Of a DNA stretch of 32,000 bases, positions 30,611 to 32,000 are shown piece after piece (within the stretch, counting starts at the first letter, position 1; every line of letters starts with the position of its first letter). Source of the DNA: Candidatus Saccharimonadota bacterium (GTDB taxonomy: Bacteria; Patescibacteriota; Gracilibacteria; UBA1369; 2-02-FULL-48-14); assembly GCA_965230905.1 (NCBI GenBank), contig OZ246396.1, positions 630,001 to 662,000 on the forward strand, read 5' to 3'. The notes beneath the pieces were generated by a model that worked only from the letters and a program-made list of their open reading frames with translations, had not been told where the DNA came from and did no database searches. The position numbers were made by a program, and so were the translations under genes.

Positions 30611-31576
30611 ATGGCACTTGTTGATGTAAATCCAATGGGAAAGGTGGTGGACGTAAAGAGCCTTGGCCGGACAGCCCTAACTCTTGCTGCGTTTCAAAAA
30701 TGTGTGGGTGGGCTTGAACTCATCGAGGATCGCGGTAGGGAAATAGATGTGAGGGTGGTTGGGCAGGAATTTAACCTGAGAGTTGAGCGAGTGATGGGTG
30801 GAAATCAGTGGAATGTGCTCAATAATTTACGAGTTTTAAACGAGGCGGGTTTCCCCAGTTTGGAGGTGGAAGCCCACTTTGGGCTGGGAACTGAGGAGGC
30901 GGTGGCCCGGAAATCCCTTTATTTGCCAGGTTGCTCTAAAATTGACCTCGAAACGCCAGAGGGTCCTGGGCAAGTTATTTTTGATAAGCGTCTCAAGGAA
31001 AAAAACATTGTCATCAGTTCGGCGCCGCATGGGGAGAGTGGTCAGGCGTGGTGGAGGGCGTGGGAGCGGTTTTTATTGGAAGACAAATCGTGTTCTTATT
31101 ATTGGAATCCGGCGCGTAAACAGTTGGATGGGGGAGTGCCGGGGGAAGTGAGACGGCGATTGCACGGCCGCGTAGCTATTTTCCAGGTGAATGAAAGGGA
31201 GGCACAGCAGTATTTGAATGCCTATGCATCCGGAGCACAGCTTAAGGATTTGCCGGAAGTGGTGGGGGCGGAGTGGACAGTGATCACCCGGGCTGAGAAG
31301 GGCATGCGCTTGTATGCGGGTGGAGAAGTGTATGAGGAAGAGGTGATTTCACCCGGAGTGGCTAAAGAAATTTTGGGTGCGCAGTTTTTGGAAAAACAGG
31401 ATGTGGGTTGTGGCGATGCCGGTTTTGCGGCTTTTATTGCGGCCAAAGAAGGTGGCCGAGCAATGAGCCCCCAGGAAGCGCTTCGTATGGCCAGCAATGT
31501 GAGTGGTATTCAATACAATCACGCAGGTTCCAACTTACGGAGCTTGAGAGGAGTGGATCTTTCATCTATAGTCTAG
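30611..31576 (+). CDS. ribokinase/PfkB-superfamily-like kinase (distant)
   Basis: 321 aa. GGNQWNVLNNLRVLN resembles the N-terminal GG...N motif. VNEREAQQY, VITRAEKGMRLY and DVGCGDAGFAAFIAA resemble the PfkB signature-2 region (usually GAGD). Assignment by eye only. Confidence 0.5.
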   Translation: MALVDVNPMGKVVDVKSLGRTALTLAAFQKCVGGLELIEDRGREIDVRVVGQEFNLRVERVMGGNQWNVLNNLRVLNEAGFPSLEVEAHFGLGTEEAVARKSLYLPGCSKIDLETPEGPGQVIFDKRLKEKNIVISSAPHGESGQAWWRAWERFLLEDKSCSYYWNPARKQLDGGVPGEVRRRLHGRVAIFQVNEREAQQYLNAYASGAQLKDLPEVVGAEWTVITRAEKGMRLYAGGEVYEEEVISPGVAKEILGAQFLEKQDVGCGDAGFAAFIAAKEGGRAMSPQEALRMASNVSGIQYNHAGSNLRSLRGVDLSSIV

Positions 31577-31591
31577 GCTTACTTTATTAGT

Positions 31592-32000
31592 ATGGGATTA
31601 CGAGAAGAATTTTCACGGCCACGAAACCACTATGTGCTTGCTTTTGCTGCTGGTGGTTTATTCGCCATGTGTAGGGATGAACCAAAAGAACCCAAGCCTG
31701 CTCCTGTAAAAATGCCGTCTTCTCCCCTTCCTAAAAAAATTAAACGAAATAGAGAAGAGGTGCGGGCACAGGTGGATGAATTGATGGAAGCTTTGGCAGA
31801 GGGAGGCGAACCGCGGGTGGTGTTTGGGGCCGACCCCAAAGGTGAGCTCTATGCCGTGGAACAGGGCTTGGCCGATTGTATTCAAACGGAAGAAAATACC
31901 TGTTATTTAAGCGCTGATTTTAGGCGTCGGTTTGGTACCAACTTAATGTGTTTCGCTAATGATTGGGGCGGAGATGCTCTTGAGATAAGTTTTGGTGGAT
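31592..32000 (+). CDS. hypothetical protein, N-terminal fragment (runs off the window); possible lipoprotein or membrane anchor
   Basis: Hand translation from ATG 31592 is open to the window end (136 codons): MGLREEFSRPRNHYVLAFAAGGLFAMCRDEPKEPKPAPVK... It has a hydrophobic segment ending in Cys. It is not in the ORF track because it has no stop. Confidence 0.45.
   Translation, partial: MGLREEFSRPRNHYVLAFAAGGLFAMCRDEPKEPKPAPVKMPSSPLPKKIKRNREEVRAQVDELMEALAEGGEPRVVFGADPKGELYAVEQGLADCIQTEENTCYLSADFRRRFGTNLMCFANDWGGDALEISFGG

Noticed and set aside
31630-31885. Two overlapping minus-strand ORFs (69 and 75 aa) at the right edge.
   Set aside because: They are antisense to a longer plus-strand reading frame that is open from ATG 31592 to the window end and has a more protein-like sequence. 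The minus-strand translations are Arg/Ser/Phe-rich and have no start context.
1-32000. Search for mobile elements, CRISPR arrays, toxin-antitoxin pairs, restriction-modification or other defence systems, rRNA and tRNA genes.
   Set aside because: I saw no direct-repeat arrays; no transposase, integrase or recombinase motifs; no terminal inverted repeats; no small adjacent ORF pairs of toxin-antitoxin type; and no tRNA cloverleaf candidates in any intergenic region. The window is core housekeeping sequence.

Overview
The window is a conserved core-genome region of a small bacterial genome. I found no rRNA, tRNA, CRISPR array, transposase, integrase or recognisable defence or toxin system.

**Plus strand, bases 1-5937:** a de novo pyrimidine cluster (pyrC 3' fragment, pyrD class 1B, pyrK, pyrE, pyrF). 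It is interrupted between pyrC and pyrD by a 638-aa secreted multidomain surface protein that has its own promoter-like signal and terminator.

**Minus strand:**
- a translationally coupled trmD / P-type ATPase / DUF167 / rsmA block;
- an almost complete S10-spc-alpha ribosomal supercluster: rpsJ, rplC-D-W-B, rpsS, rplV, rpsC, rplP, rpmC, rpsQ, rplN-X-E, rpsN, rpsH, rplF, rplR, rpsE, rplO, secY, adk, map, then infA, rpmJ, rpsM-K-D, rpoA, rplQ, rplM, rpsI.

rpmJ (L36) was not in the ORF track and I found it by hand translation.

**Lineage (inference only):** possibly CPR/Patescibacteria-like. Three things point that way: no L30 gene between rpsE and rplO, many ribosomal proteins with low-complexity tails, and no Shine-Dalgarno-like sequences upstream of starts.

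**Most unusual signals, all at RNA or operon level:**
1. A family of hairpins placed exactly 2 nt after stop codons, with compensatory stem changes and conserved flanking motifs.
2. A terminator plus promoter plus structured leader that splits rpsJ from rplC.
3. A 2.8-kb envelope-related insertion between map and infA. It includes an LCP enzyme gene preceded by an A9 tract that could fuse it to the upstream membrane-anchored ORF.

All protein calls rest on motif recognition by eye. No database search was possible.
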